64,000 nucleotides of DNA from Alphaproteobacteria bacterium (lineage in GTDB: Bacteria; Pseudomonadota; Alphaproteobacteria; Bin95), in NCBI GenBank assembly GCA_963665325.3, contig CAXXWS020000003.1, positions 64,001 through 128,000 of the forward strand, in the 5' to 3' direction. Positions 25,985-38,538 of this stretch are shown in pieces. The notes under the pieces are model-generated. The model did not search any database. It was not told the origin of the DNA and saw nothing but the letters and a program-made list of their open reading frames with translations. Every line of letters begins with the position of its first letter. The stretch's first letter is position 1. Both the position numbers and the translations under genes were made by a program.

Positions 25985-27913
25985 ATGGCGAATACCAGCA
26001 ACAACACCCCAGCGACCGAGCGCGGCGCCCACCCGCTGAATGCGCTGACGCCGGCCGAGATCGAGGCGGCGGGCGCCATCGTCCGGGCGTGGGACGGGTG
26101 GACCGGGACGACGAAATTCGAAACGATTCGGCTGCACTATCCGGACAAGGCCGAGTGCCGGGCCGAGATCGTGGCCGGCACGGCGGGCGAGCGCCGCAAG
26201 GCCTATGTGAGCATCTACGACACGGCAGCCAACAGCGTGAGCGAGCTCATCGTCGATCTCGTCAGCGGCCGGGTGGAAGCGGCGACCGACGTGCCGGGCG
26301 CCAGGCCGGCCATCAATGTCGACGAGTTCCTGATCTGCGCCGAGACGGTGCCGCAGCATCCCGACTTCATCGCGGCGATGGCCCGGCGCGGCGTGACCGA
26401 CCTCTCGAACATCCAGATCGATCCCTTCTCCGCCGGCAATTTCGGCTTCGACGACGAGGAAGGCCGGCGGCTGGTCCACTGCCTGGTCTATCTGCGCTCT
26501 GACCCCTCGGACAACGGCTACGCCCATCCGGTCGAGGGTCTGAATGTGCTGTTCGACCTGAACAGTGTCGAGGTCATGCGCGTCATCGACCATGCAGTCC
26601 ACGAGGTCCCGGACGTATCCTCGAATTACCAGGCCGTGCGGCCGGAAATCGCGGCGAACCTGCGCGGCGACCTGAAGCCGATAGACATTTCCCAGCCGGC
26701 CGGCCCCTCCTTCACCGTGGAAGACCGGGTCGTGACCTGGGCCAACTGGCGCTTCCATGTCGAATTCCACCCGCGCGAGGGCCTGGTGCTGAACGACATC
26801 CAGGTGCGCGGCGGCGAGAAGGCGCCCTGGCGGCCGCTCATCTGGCGGGCCTCGGTTGCGGAGATGGTCGTGCCCTACGGCGACCCCGCCTTCAACCACT
26901 ATCGCAAGAACGCCTTCGATGTCGGCGAATACGGCCTCGGCCAGGTGGCCAACCCGCTCAAGCTCGGCTGCGACTGCCGCGGGCACATCCACTATTTCGA
27001 CGGCGTGTTCACGGTGACTTCAGGCGAGCCGGTTGTGGTCGAGAACGCCATCTGCCTGCATGAGGAAGACGACGGGATGCTGTGGAAGCATACCGACTAC
27101 ATGACGGACGAGATGGAGCACCGCCGGGCGCGCCGGCTGCTGGTCTCCATGATCGCGACGGTCGGCAATTACGAATACGGCTTCTACTGGATCTTCCACA
27201 TGGACGGGACGCTGGAGCTGGACGTGAAGGCGACCGGCATCATGAACACCCAGGGCCTGAACGCCATTTCCGGCGCCGACTACGGCACCGAGGTCATGCC
27301 GGGCGTGACCGCGCCCAACCACCAGCACCTGTTCTGCGCGCGCCTCGACATGGCGGTGGACGGCGACGCCAACCGGCTGGTCGAGATGAATGTGGTGCAG
27401 CCGCCGATGGGCGAGGGCAATCCGAACGGCAACGCCTTCCGGGCCGAGCGGACGGTGCTGAAGACCGAAACCGGCCGGATGCGCAATGCCGACACCGAAC
27501 GGTTCTGGAAGGTGGAGAGCGCGACAGCGGCCAACGCGCTCGGCCGGCCGACGGCCTACCGGCTGCACGCCACCGGCATGCTCAAGCCCTGGTTCCATGC
27601 CGGGACCATGATGGCCAGACGCGCCGCTTTCATCTTCAACCATATGTGGTGCACGCCCTACGATCCTGCCGAGCGTTTCCCGGCGGGGCGCTTCGTCAAC
27701 CAGAGCGACGGCTCGGAGACCATCGCGACCTGGATCCAGCAGGGCCGGCCGATAGAGGATACGGATATCGTGCTGTGGCACACATTCGGCCTGCTGCACC
27801 TGCCGCGCCTCGAGGACTGGCCGGTGCAGCCGGTCGCCAGCACCGGCTTCCGGCTTGAGGCTGACGGCTTCTTCGACCGCAACCCGACTCTGGACGTGCC
27901 GCCGGGGGCGTGA
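25985..27913 (+). CDS. tynA: Copper-containing primary amine oxidase
   Basis: TVGNYEYG (TPQ precursor motif), HQH copper ligands, LGCDC, NAFDVGEYG, HLPRLEDWPV. Confidence 0.93.
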   Translation: MANTSNNTPATERGAHPLNALTPAEIEAAGAIVRAWDGWTGTTKFETIRLHYPDKAECRAEIVAGTAGERRKAYVSIYDTAANSVSELIVDLVSGRVEAATDVPGARPAINVDEFLICAETVPQHPDFIAAMARRGVTDLSNIQIDPFSAGNFGFDDEEGRRLVHCLVYLRSDPSDNGYAHPVEGLNVLFDLNSVEVMRVIDHAVHEVPDVSSNYQAVRPEIAANLRGDLKPIDISQPAGPSFTVEDRVVTWANWRFHVEFHPREGLVLNDIQVRGGEKAPWRPLIWRASVAEMVVPYGDPAFNHYRKNAFDVGEYGLGQVANPLKLGCDCRGHIHYFDGVFTVTSGEPVVVENAICLHEEDDGMLWKHTDYMTDEMEHRRARRLLVSMIATVGNYEYGFYWIFHMDGTLELDVKATGIMNTQGLNAISGADYGTEVMPGVTAPNHQHLFCARLDMAVDGDANRLVEMNVVQPPMGEGNPNGNAFRAERTVLKTETGRMRNADTERFWKVESATAANALGRPTAYRLHATGMLKPWFHAGTMMARRAAFIFNHMWCTPYDPAERFPAGRFVNQSDGSETIATWIQQGRPIEDTDIVLWHTFGLLHLPRLEDWPVQPVASTGFRLEADGFFDRNPTLDVPPGA

Positions 27914-27985
27914 CGGGGCCGGCCCCGGCCCCTATCCTGCCCCGTACCGCGCCCGGACGGCCGGAAAGGACGGGGTATCGCCGCT

Positions 27986-28795
27986 TTGTTCGCCGCCTTG
28001 CGCATCGCCAGCCGCCTGCCGCTCGCCTGCCTCTACCCTGTCGGCCGCCTGCTGGTCCCGCTTGCCCGGGCGGCGGTGCCGAGCCGGCGGCGCGTGGCGG
28101 AACGCAACCTTGCCGCCGTCTTTCCCGGCGCCGAGCAGCGGTCGCTGGCACGGCGCGTCTATGCCGCCTCCGCCGATGTCGCGATGGAATCGGTCCGCCT
28201 GCTGACGATGCCCAAGGCGCAGTTGCGCGCGCGGGTTCGCATGGAAGGCGCAGACGCGCTGCAGGAGGGCGGCGCGCTGGTGCTGACGGCGCATCACGGC
28301 AACATGCTCTGGGCGGTCAGCGCCCTGACTGAAGCTGTGCGCGCGCCGCTCTTCGTGGTCTACAAGGAGCCGCACGGGCCCGTCCTGCACCGGATGCTGA
28401 ACGCCATTGGCGGGCGTTTCCGCGGGACCCTGGTGCCGCTCCGGGACACGCGCCGCGAAGTGCTCCGCTGCCGGCAGGAAGGCGGAGTGCTCGTTCTGGT
28501 GGCCGACCAGCAGCCGGGCTCAGCCGAGCGTCGCGAGGTCGAGTTCTGCGGACGGAAGACGGCGTTCTTCGCCGGACCGGACCGCATCGGCCGCGCGCTC
28601 GGATGGCCGGTCTATTACCTCTCCTGCCAGCGCACCGGGCGCGGGCGCTATCTCTGCCGGGTCGAGAAGCTTGCCGAACCGCCCTATGAGGGGGAAGACG
28701 CCGGCATTGTCAGCCGCTATGCCGCGCGGCTGGAGGCCGATATCCGCAGCGCGCCGGAAGACTGGCTGTGGTTCCACAGGCGCTGGCGGGACTGA
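27986..28795 (+). CDS. Lipid A lauroyl acyltransferase-like (LpxL/HtrB family)
   Basis: LTAHHGN, VADQQP, EFCGRKT, APEDWLWFHRRWR. Confidence 0.85.
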   Translation: MFAALRIASRLPLACLYPVGRLLVPLARAAVPSRRRVAERNLAAVFPGAEQRSLARRVYAASADVAMESVRLLTMPKAQLRARVRMEGADALQEGGALVLTAHHGNMLWAVSALTEAVRAPLFVVYKEPHGPVLHRMLNAIGGRFRGTLVPLRDTRREVLRCRQEGGVLVLVADQQPGSAERREVEFCGRKTAFFAGPDRIGRALGWPVYYLSCQRTGRGRYLCRVEKLAEPPYEGEDAGIVSRYAARLEADIRSAPEDWLWFHRRWRD

Positions 28796-28815
28796 AACGG
28801 GGGAGAGGGGACGCG

Positions 28816-30270
28816 ATGACCGACGGATGGGTGAGACTGGACGACAGCTTTATCGACGGCGCCGGCATGGCCGACCGGGCAGCGCGCGCCGCAACCGGCT
28901 TCGCCGCGCTCGGCGTCGGCCCCGGCGACGCGGTCGCCTGGCTGCTCTACAACGACGCCGCGGCGTTCACCGTCACCGACGGGGCCGGGATGCTCGGCGC
29001 CTATGCCGTGCCGGTGAACTGGCACCTGGCGCCGGACGAAGTGCGCTACATCCTCGCCGACAGCGGGGCGAAAGCGCTGGTCGGGCATCCCCGGCTTCTG
29101 GCCCCGCTGGGCAAGCTGGAGATCCCCGCAATCCCGCTCTCCGAATGGCCGGACTGGCTCGCCGCCCATGCGCCGCGCACGGAACCGCCGCTCAATCCGC
29201 CCGGTTCGATGATGTACACCTCGGGCACGACGGGCCGGCCCAAGGGCGTGCGCCGCCAGCCGGCAACGCCGGAGCAGCGCGAGACAATCGCGGCGTTCCT
29301 TAGCGAAATCTATGGCTTGCAGCCCGGCATGGTCTCGGCCGTCACCGCGCCGCTCTACCACGCCGCGCCGAACAACCATGCCATGATGTCCCGGCTCGCC
29401 GGCGGCCATCTGGTGCTCATGGGGCGCTTCGACGCCGAGCGGTTCCTGGCCCTGGTGGAGGAGCACCGCATCTCCCACGCCTTCATGGCGCCGATCATGT
29501 TCGTGCGCCTCCTCAAGCTGCCGGAAGCCGTGCGGGCGCGTTACGATCTCTCCTCGCTTTGCCGCGTCATCCACGCCGGCGCGCCCTGCGCCCCCGATGT
29601 CAAGCGGGCGATGATCGAGTGGTGGGGGCCGGTGCTGGTCGAATATTACGGCTCGACCGAGACCGGCCTGGTGACCTGGTGTGATTCCGGGGAGTGGCTC
29701 CAGCGGCCGGGCACGGTGGGGCGCACGATGCGGAATGCCGAGATCGTCATATATGGCGACGACAAGCAGCGCCTCGGCCCTGGCGAGACGGGCGACATCT
29801 ACTGCGTGCACCGGGACCTGATGCCCTTCACCTACCACAACGACCCGGAAAAGCGCGCCGGCGTCGAGCATGAGGGCCTCGTGACCAATGGCGACATGGG
29901 ATACATGGACGAGGCGGGCTACCTGTTCCTGAACGACCGTCGCCGCGACATGATTATCTCCGGGGGCGTCAACATCTATCCGGCGGAGATCGAGGCGGCG
30001 CTGATCGAATGCCCCGGCGTGCGCGACTGCGCCGTGTTCGGCGTGCCGGACGACGAATACGGGGAGCGCGTCGTCGCCGCCATCGAGCGCGAGCCCGGCA
30101 GCGACTGCGACGAGGCGGCGGTGGGCGCCTTCCTCGCCGGGCGCATTGCAGGCTATAAGCACCCCCGGCTGGTCGTCTTCCACGCCTCCCTGCCCCGCGA
30201 GGACACCGGCAAGATCTTCAAGCGCAAGCTCCGCGAGCCCTATTGGGAAGCCGCCGGGCGGCGCATCTGA
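28816..30270 (+). CDS. Long-chain acyl-CoA synthetase (AMP-binding)
   Basis: MYTSGTTGRPKGV, EYYGSTE, GDMG, MIISGGVNIYPAEIE, LPREDTGK. Confidence 0.93.
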   Translation: MTDGWVRLDDSFIDGAGMADRAARAATGFAALGVGPGDAVAWLLYNDAAAFTVTDGAGMLGAYAVPVNWHLAPDEVRYILADSGAKALVGHPRLLAPLGKLEIPAIPLSEWPDWLAAHAPRTEPPLNPPGSMMYTSGTTGRPKGVRRQPATPEQRETIAAFLSEIYGLQPGMVSAVTAPLYHAAPNNHAMMSRLAGGHLVLMGRFDAERFLALVEEHRISHAFMAPIMFVRLLKLPEAVRARYDLSSLCRVIHAGAPCAPDVKRAMIEWWGPVLVEYYGSTETGLVTWCDSGEWLQRPGTVGRTMRNAEIVIYGDDKQRLGPGETGDIYCVHRDLMPFTYHNDPEKRAGVEHEGLVTNGDMGYMDEAGYLFLNDRRRDMIISGGVNIYPAEIEAALIECPGVRDCAVFGVPDDEYGERVVAAIEREPGSDCDEAAVGAFLAGRIAGYKHPRLVVFHASLPREDTGKIFKRKLREPYWEAAGRRI

Positions 30271-30290
30271 CGGAAGGGCCACTCCATCCC

Positions 30291-30950
30291 ATGTTCTATT
30301 CCGACCCCCGCAAGCACGGCCTCCGGCACAGCCCCTTCAAGGCGCTGGTGGCCCCACGCCCCATCGCCTGGGTCTCCTCGACGAGCGCCGAGGGCGTGGT
30401 CAATCTCGCGCCCTACAGCTTCTTCAACGCCATGGCGGACTCGCCGCCGATCATCGTCTTCGCGCCCAACAACCCGCGCATCGGCGGCGGGCGCAAGGAC
30501 ACGCTGGAGAACATCGAGCAGACCGGCGATTTCGTCGTGAACCTCTGCAACTGGGACTTGCGGCTGCCGATGAACGAGAGTTCGGCCCATGTGCCGCCGG
30601 AGGTGAACGAGATCGAGCTGGCGGGCCTGACGGCCGTTCCCTCCGAGATCGTGAAGGCGCCGCGCGTCGCGGAGGCACCGGCCTCGCTCGAATGCGAGTT
30701 CCTGTTCCGCGTGCGCCTGCCGGGCTCGAGCCCGAAGATCGAGAACAATGCCTGCTTCGGCAAGGTGGTCGGCATCCACATCGCAGACGAGATCATTGTG
30801 GACGGCCTGGTGGACATGTCCCGCTACCGCCCCATCGCGCGCTGCGGCTACATGGACTATGCGCTGGTCGAAAGCGTCTTCTCCATGGACCGCCCCGACG
30901 ACAATCTCGAAGCCTTCGAAGCCCGCAGACGGCAGGAAGCGGCGGAGTAG
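30291..30950 (+). CDS. Flavin reductase family protein
   Basis: PFKALVAPRPIAWVSS, NLAPYSFFN, KDTLENI, APRVAEAPASLEC. Confidence 0.9.
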   Translation: MFYSDPRKHGLRHSPFKALVAPRPIAWVSSTSAEGVVNLAPYSFFNAMADSPPIIVFAPNNPRIGGGRKDTLENIEQTGDFVVNLCNWDLRLPMNESSAHVPPEVNEIELAGLTAVPSEIVKAPRVAEAPASLECEFLFRVRLPGSSPKIENNACFGKVVGIHIADEIIVDGLVDMSRYRPIARCGYMDYALVESVFSMDRPDDNLEAFEARRRQEAAE

Positions 30951-30962
30951 GGGCGGGGCCCG

Positions 30963-33608
<2,646 letters not shown>

Positions 33609-33691
33609 GCGTCGCAGTCCTCCGGGGCGGATGCAGGAAGGCCGGTTTGTATCGGCAGGCCCGGCGGCTGTCCACCGGCGGCGAGGCTCCG

Positions 33692-34507
33692 TCAGGCTAT
33701 CCGTGCATTGCCGCCGGGGTCGCCTTCGATGCGGAACTCGGAGCGGCCGTAGCCGGCTTCCTCGGGAATGCGCATGATCCGCCCGCCGTCGATGAACTCG
33801 ACCTCGGGCAGCACCGGCACCACCGCCGCGGCCTCCGCCGCGACGCGCGCCTCGGCCACGGTCCCGGAGCGGGCGAGCTTTCCCATGTTGAGCCGCGTCG
33901 GGAAGAGCACCGTGTAACGCCCCTCCGCCTGTCCTTTCAGCAGCGCGTCCCAGCCGATCCAGACGGAGTCCACGGATTCGCGCCCGTCATGCGCCGCAAC
34001 CTGCGCGGGCGGCGCTCCGGCCAGGTAGAAATGGGTGTCGAAGCGCTTGGGCATGTGTTCGGGCGTCACCCAGTGGGCGAAGCGGGTGAGCGCGTCGGTT
34101 GCGAATTCCAGGTCCTCGGCTTCCGCCATCTCGGCCATGGCGGCATGGTCCTGCTCCAGCGCGAGGCGCCAGCGGGCGCCGAGTTCCGCGAGCCTGTCCG
34201 GCCCCACATAGTCGTCGCTGCCCCGCTCCCGGGCGAGCAGCACGCCCGCTTCCTCGAACGCCTCGCGCACGCAGGCCGTACGGATCGCCAGCGCGGCGTC
34301 GGAGAGCTCCTCGCCGCCCCGGCAGCGGGCGCGCAGGCGCGGGTCGCGGTCCGCATCCTCAACCTTGCCGCCGGGGAACACCAGCGCGCCGGTGGCAAAA
34401 TCGATGCGGTGGTGGCGCACCACCATGAAGACCTCGATGCCGCCCGGCCCGTCGCGGCCCAGCATCATGGTCGCGGCGAGCCGGGCCTCGACAGGCTTGC
34501 CGCTCAA
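33692..34507 (-). CDS. NUDIX hydrolase (Nudt19-like)
   Basis: [36 protein letters not shown]; TTG start. Confidence 0.88.
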   Translation of the reverse strand: MSGKPVEARLAATMMLGRDGPGGIEVFMVVRHHRIDFATGALVFPGGKVEDADRDPRLRARCRGGEELSDAALAIRTACVREAFEEAGVLLARERGSDDYVGPDRLAELGARWRLALEQDHAAMAEMAEAEDLEFATDALTRFAHWVTPEHMPKRFDTHFYLAGAPPAQVAAHDGRESVDSVWIGWDALLKGQAEGRYTVLFPTRLNMGKLARSGTVAEARVAAEAAAVVPVLPEVEFIDGGRIMRIPEEAGYGRSEFRIEGDPGGNARIA

Positions 34508-34962
34508 TTCTCACGCCCCTTCATCATGCGCACCGCCTTGTAGGTCACCACCGTCTCGCCGCGCTGGTTCACCACATCGTTCTTCGTCGTCACGATGCCG
34601 CGATTGCCCTTGCTGGTGGCGCGCACATTCAGCACCTCGACCTCGACATGGATGGTGTCGCCGACATTGGTGGGACCCAACACCTTGAGCTCGGTCTCCA
34701 GCATGGCGAGCCCGGTGTGCTGCATAGTGGACTGCACCAGCAGCCCCTCGGCGAAGGCGTAGCAGAGCGCGCCCGGCACCGGCCGCGCGCCCGCAATCGC
34801 GCCCTGGCCGGCATAGGTGGTGTCGGTGAAGATCATCTCCACCATGCCGCAGGCATTGATGAAGTTCACCAGGTCCGCTTCGGTCACGGTGCGGTTAATG
34901 GTGCGGAACCGCTCGCCGGTTTCGAGTTCGTCCCAATGCAGGCCAAGGCCGACAGTGCGCAT
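34504..34962 (-). CDS. MaoC family (hot-dog) dehydratase
   Basis: RTVTEADLVNF, VGDTIHVEVEV, NQRGETV. Confidence 0.88.
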   Translation of the reverse strand: MRTVGLGLHWDELETGERFRTINRTVTEADLVNFINACGMVEMIFTDTTYAGQGAIAGARPVPGALCYAFAEGLLVQSTMQHTGLAMLETELKVLGPTNVGDTIHVEVEVLNVRATSKGNRGIVTTKNDVVNQRGETVVTYKAVRMMKGREN

Positions 34963-35010
34963 GGGCTGGGTTTTCCTTGTGCTTCGGTAGGGGGCGGTTG
35001 CGGGCCGGGC

Positions 35011-36381
35011 TTACCCGGCCGGTTCGGTCGGTTCGGGTCCCCGACCCATTTCCATCAGAAGTTGGACGTCGTGTTCTGTCGGGGAGTGCTCCCCAATCCC
35101 TCCAAGTATGAATTCGCCCATGTTGAACATGGTACGGACGGCTTCTCCGATCAGGAAAGCTCGGAAGCTCGGAATCGGGCAGACCAGCCTGTCGTCCGCT
35201 CCCTCCTGCAGTGCGCCCCTGTGAATGAGGTGTTCGAGGAACTCTTCCGGCGAAATGCCGTTAGGCAGCCGCCTGGCGCTGCTGCCTTCGCGCCTGTCCC
35301 GGATACGTGCGCGGATGGCATCGACGATTTGGTACCTGTGAAGCCCGCCATCCCCAACCGCTACCATGAGGTGGCCGACAAGGATGACCGCACCCCGCAT
35401 CTCCGGGCTTCTGCGCTGCCTGTAGGATTCGAGCCGCCATGCCTGCGCGCGGCGAAGCACCGCCGTTTCATCGACCGCGGAGAGCACGCCGCCAGCCTTC
35501 AACAGCCCCTCACCGAGCGCCCGCATCGCGTTTTGAAGATGCTGCGGCCAGCGGTCCGAATCGTGCTCCAGCAGCGCAGCCCACCGCTCGGTTTCGGCGT
35601 CCTCCGCCCCAATGTGGAACCGGGCCAGCATCCGCCGCACGGCTTCCGCTGCCTGCCCGGCGTCAAGGCGACCGAGCGTATGCACAGCGCCCGTCGAGAG
35701 GCGGGAAATGCCCCCTTGTTTGGCGAGGGCCTCCTGCGAGCTCGCCAAGCCGGCCAGGACCGGCACGATAGGAAGGCCGTCGCCCGCCAAGTGCAACGGT
35801 CGAAGCAAGGCGGCCTGATGCTGAGTCAAACCCTGTACCTCATCGACCATCAGGCAGAGCGGGCGCGTCCATGCCTCGGCGGGAAACAGCATCCGAAGCG
35901 CGCCGAAATCCGGGGGTGGCGGCGCCGTCGCAGCGCCCCATGTCCCGCCTACGCCTACACCGAGCACTCCCGCCTTTGCCTCTCCACCCGAAGTGGTTGT
36001 CCGGCGAAATTCAATTGCCTTGGCCGGGTCGATGGCTTCGGCGATGCGCGTCATAATCGCTGCCGGGTCCCCGAGCTCCGATGGATCGACATACAGGGCA
36101 GCCGGCGCCAACGCCGCGTCGGCCATTGCCCACTTTTCCCGGAGGTGCTTGAGCAAGGCAGTCTTACCGGCGCCCGGTGCGCCCTGTATGAGTACGGTTG
36201 CGCCCGCCAATGCCGTACCTTCTCGAAAACGGCGAAACGCCAGATCGCAGGTTCTCTCGACATACTCGACCTGTGTACTTCGCCCCACGAAGAACCATGC
36301 AGCATTCCGGTCCCGTTCCTCGATGAAGTCCGGGAGCCTGTCCAGATCGGGGGTGTAATTCTGTCCGGTGTTTGCCGTCAT
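35011..36381 (-). CDS. P-loop ATPase (AAA_16/STAND-like)
   Basis: FVGRSTQV, Walker A GAPGAGKT, Walker B LMVDEVQ, WPQHLQ, C-terminal helical region ending PIPSF. Confidence 0.8.
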   Translation of the reverse strand: MTANTGQNYTPDLDRLPDFIEERDRNAAWFFVGRSTQVEYVERTCDLAFRRFREGTALAGATVLIQGAPGAGKTALLKHLREKWAMADAALAPAALYVDPSELGDPAAIMTRIAEAIDPAKAIEFRRTTTSGGEAKAGVLGVGVGGTWGAATAPPPPDFGALRMLFPAEAWTRPLCLMVDEVQGLTQHQAALLRPLHLAGDGLPIVPVLAGLASSQEALAKQGGISRLSTGAVHTLGRLDAGQAAEAVRRMLARFHIGAEDAETERWAALLEHDSDRWPQHLQNAMRALGEGLLKAGGVLSAVDETAVLRRAQAWRLESYRQRRSPEMRGAVILVGHLMVAVGDGGLHRYQIVDAIRARIRDRREGSSARRLPNGISPEEFLEHLIHRGALQEGADDRLVCPIPSFRAFLIGEAVRTMFNMGEFILGGIGEHSPTEHDVQLLMEMGRGPEPTEPAG

Positions 36382-36462
36382 CTTCGTCGAACCCGCCGCC
36401 CGGCGCGCCGTTGCATGTCCGGGCAACCTAGCGACTGCGGAACGCCGTGCAAGCCGGGCAGC

Positions 36463-37650
36463 TCACACGGCTGCGCCGGCGGCCTTGAGCGCGTCGATCT
36501 CGGCCGCCGCGTAGCCCGCTTCGGCCAGCAGTTCGGCGGTGTGCTGGCCGAGGCGCGGCGGGTGATGCGCATAGACATGGCCGCTCTTCTCGAAGCGCAC
36601 CGGGAAATCCGGCTGGACGATGGGGCCTTCGCTGGGGTGCTCCATGTGGCGAAAGAAGCCCACCGCCTTCAGGTGCGGGTCCTCGACCAGGTCCTCCAGC
36701 GCGTTCATGCGCATATAGGGGATCTCCAGCCGCTCCAGCGCTTCCACCCATTCTTCCGTTGTCCGCGTGGAGAGGATTTCGCCGACGACGACGTAGAGAC
36801 TTTCGACATTCTCCGTGCGCGCGCCCATGTCGGCATAGAGCGGGTCGTCCGCGAGTTCCGGCCGGCCTGCCGCCTCGACGAAGCGCCGCCACTGGCCGTC
36901 ATTGTAGGCGAGCACGTTCAGGTGCCCGTCCGCGGTCGGATAGGGCTTGCGCCAGCGGGCGAGCACGCGCGGATAACCCATCGGGGCCAGCGGCGGGTCG
37001 AACACATGGCCGTAGAGATGTTCCATGGTGTTGAAATGGGCCATGGCCTCGAACATCGGCACCTCGACGAACTGGCCCTCGCCGGTGCGTTCCCGGTGCA
37101 GCAGCGCGGCCGTCACGGCCGAGGTCGCCATAAGCCCGCAGGTCTTGTCGGCGGCCACCATGGGCGTGAAGCGCGGCTCGCCCGCGAGCGGCTCCATCAG
37201 CGCCGCCAGCCCGGAGCCTCCCTGGATGATGTCGTCATAGGCAGGCCGCCCGGCATAGGGCCCGGCTTCGGAGAAGCCGTGCAACCCGACATAGACGATG
37301 CGCGGATTGCGGGCCCGCACCGCGTCGGGGCCGAAACCCAGCCGGGCTATGGCCTGCGGGCGGATCGAGTGGATGAAGACGTCTGCCGTGTCCACAAGCC
37401 GCCAGAGGGCCTCGCGCGCCTCTTCGTGCTTGAGATCGAGGCAGATGCTGCGCTTGTTGCGGTTGCAGAGCAGGAAGAACGCGGCCATGCCGGGATTATG
37501 GCCGGGCCCCGTCTTGCGCGTCGTGTCGCCGGCAGGCGCCTCGATCTTCACGACATCGGCGCCCATGTCGCCCAGCAGCATGGTGCAATAGGGGCCGAAC
37601 AGCACGGAAGTGAGGTCGAGGACCCTTATGCCTTCCATCGGCGCGGTCAC
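36463..37650 (-). CDS. CaiB/BaiF family CoA transferase
   Basis: GIRVLDLTSVLFGPYCTMLLGDMGADVVKIE, NRNKRS, PAYDDIIQG, PPRLGQHT. Confidence 0.93.
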   Translation of the reverse strand: MTAPMEGIRVLDLTSVLFGPYCTMLLGDMGADVVKIEAPAGDTTRKTGPGHNPGMAAFFLLCNRNKRSICLDLKHEEAREALWRLVDTADVFIHSIRPQAIARLGFGPDAVRARNPRIVYVGLHGFSEAGPYAGRPAYDDIIQGGSGLAALMEPLAGEPRFTPMVAADKTCGLMATSAVTAALLHRERTGEGQFVEVPMFEAMAHFNTMEHLYGHVFDPPLAPMGYPRVLARWRKPYPTADGHLNVLAYNDGQWRRFVEAAGRPELADDPLYADMGARTENVESLYVVVGEILSTRTTEEWVEALERLEIPYMRMNALEDLVEDPHLKAVGFFRHMEHPSEGPIVQPDFPVRFEKSGHVYAHHPPRLGQHTAELLAEAGYAAAEIDALKAAGAAV

Positions 37651-38534
37651 AGCCCGTCCTCCCGCTTGGCATCCGAATAGTCGAGCTCGAATCGGGACGG
37701 CCGCCCGAACGCCCACGGGTCGCCCCAGAGCTGCTGGCCGCCGTCCACCGTCACCACCTCGCCGGTGACGAACTTGCCCGACGGCGCGGAGAGATAGGCG
37801 ATGGCCTCGGCTACATCCCACTCGTCGCCAGCGCGCAGCATCGGGTTGGACTGCGCGAAGGTCGCGGCTCCCGACGCCGGGTAGCGGCCGAAGGCGGTCG
37901 TCTCGCAGCAGCCGGGCGCGACGCAGTTGATGCGGATGCCGAGCGGCGCCCACTCGACGGCAACCGTCTTGGAGAGATAGACCACGCCAGCGCGCGCGGC
38001 CGCCGTGTGCGCCACTCCGGGTATGCCGCGCCAGATATCGGCCACCACATTCACGATGGAGCCGCCCTCCTCCCGCTCCCGCCAGAGCTGCGCGGCCGTC
38101 TGCATCATCCACCATGTGCCGTTCAGATTGGTGTCGATGACCGCCCGCCAGCCCTTGACCGAGAAGTCGATGGCGTCCTGCGCGAACTGCCCGCCGGCAT
38201 TGTTGACGAGGTGGTCCAGCCGCCCGTGCTCCTCGAACACGCGCCCGAGCAGCGCGCCCACCGCTTCCGGATCGCGGATGTTGCAGACGGCGGCGTCCAG
38301 GCCGAGGCCGTTCTGCCGGAACTGCGCCTCCAGCGCGTCCAACTTGGCCCTGTCGCGTCCGATGACGACCACCGTAGCGCCGAGCCGCGCGAACAGGATC
38401 GCCGTCGCCCTGCCGAGCCCGCTGCCGCCGCCGGTGACCAGCGCCGTTTCGCCCTGGAACAGGTCCGCGCGATAGACCGTCGGCCAGTCGAACATGCGCT
38501 CGTCATGGCCGTATTCCGCTTGGCCGCCGGTCAT
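37647..38534 (-). CDS. SDR family oxidoreductase (peroxisomal enoyl/dienoyl-CoA reductase-like)
   Basis: VTGGGSGLG, LVNNAGGQF, AHTAAARAG, RINCVAPG, VDGG. Confidence 0.9.
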   Translation of the reverse strand: MTGGQAEYGHDERMFDWPTVYRADLFQGETALVTGGGSGLGRATAILFARLGATVVVIGRDRAKLDALEAQFRQNGLGLDAAVCNIRDPEAVGALLGRVFEEHGRLDHLVNNAGGQFAQDAIDFSVKGWRAVIDTNLNGTWWMMQTAAQLWREREEGGSIVNVVADIWRGIPGVAHTAAARAGVVYLSKTVAVEWAPLGIRINCVAPGCCETTAFGRYPASGAATFAQSNPMLRAGDEWDVAEAIAYLSAPSGKFVTGEVVTVDGGQQLWGDPWAFGRPSRFELDYSDAKREDGL

Positions 38535-38538
38535 GCTT

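Noticed and set aside
34648-37680. 1010-aa plus-strand ORF
   Set aside because: Antisense to the MaoC, ATPase and CoA-transferase genes, which carry clear motifs.
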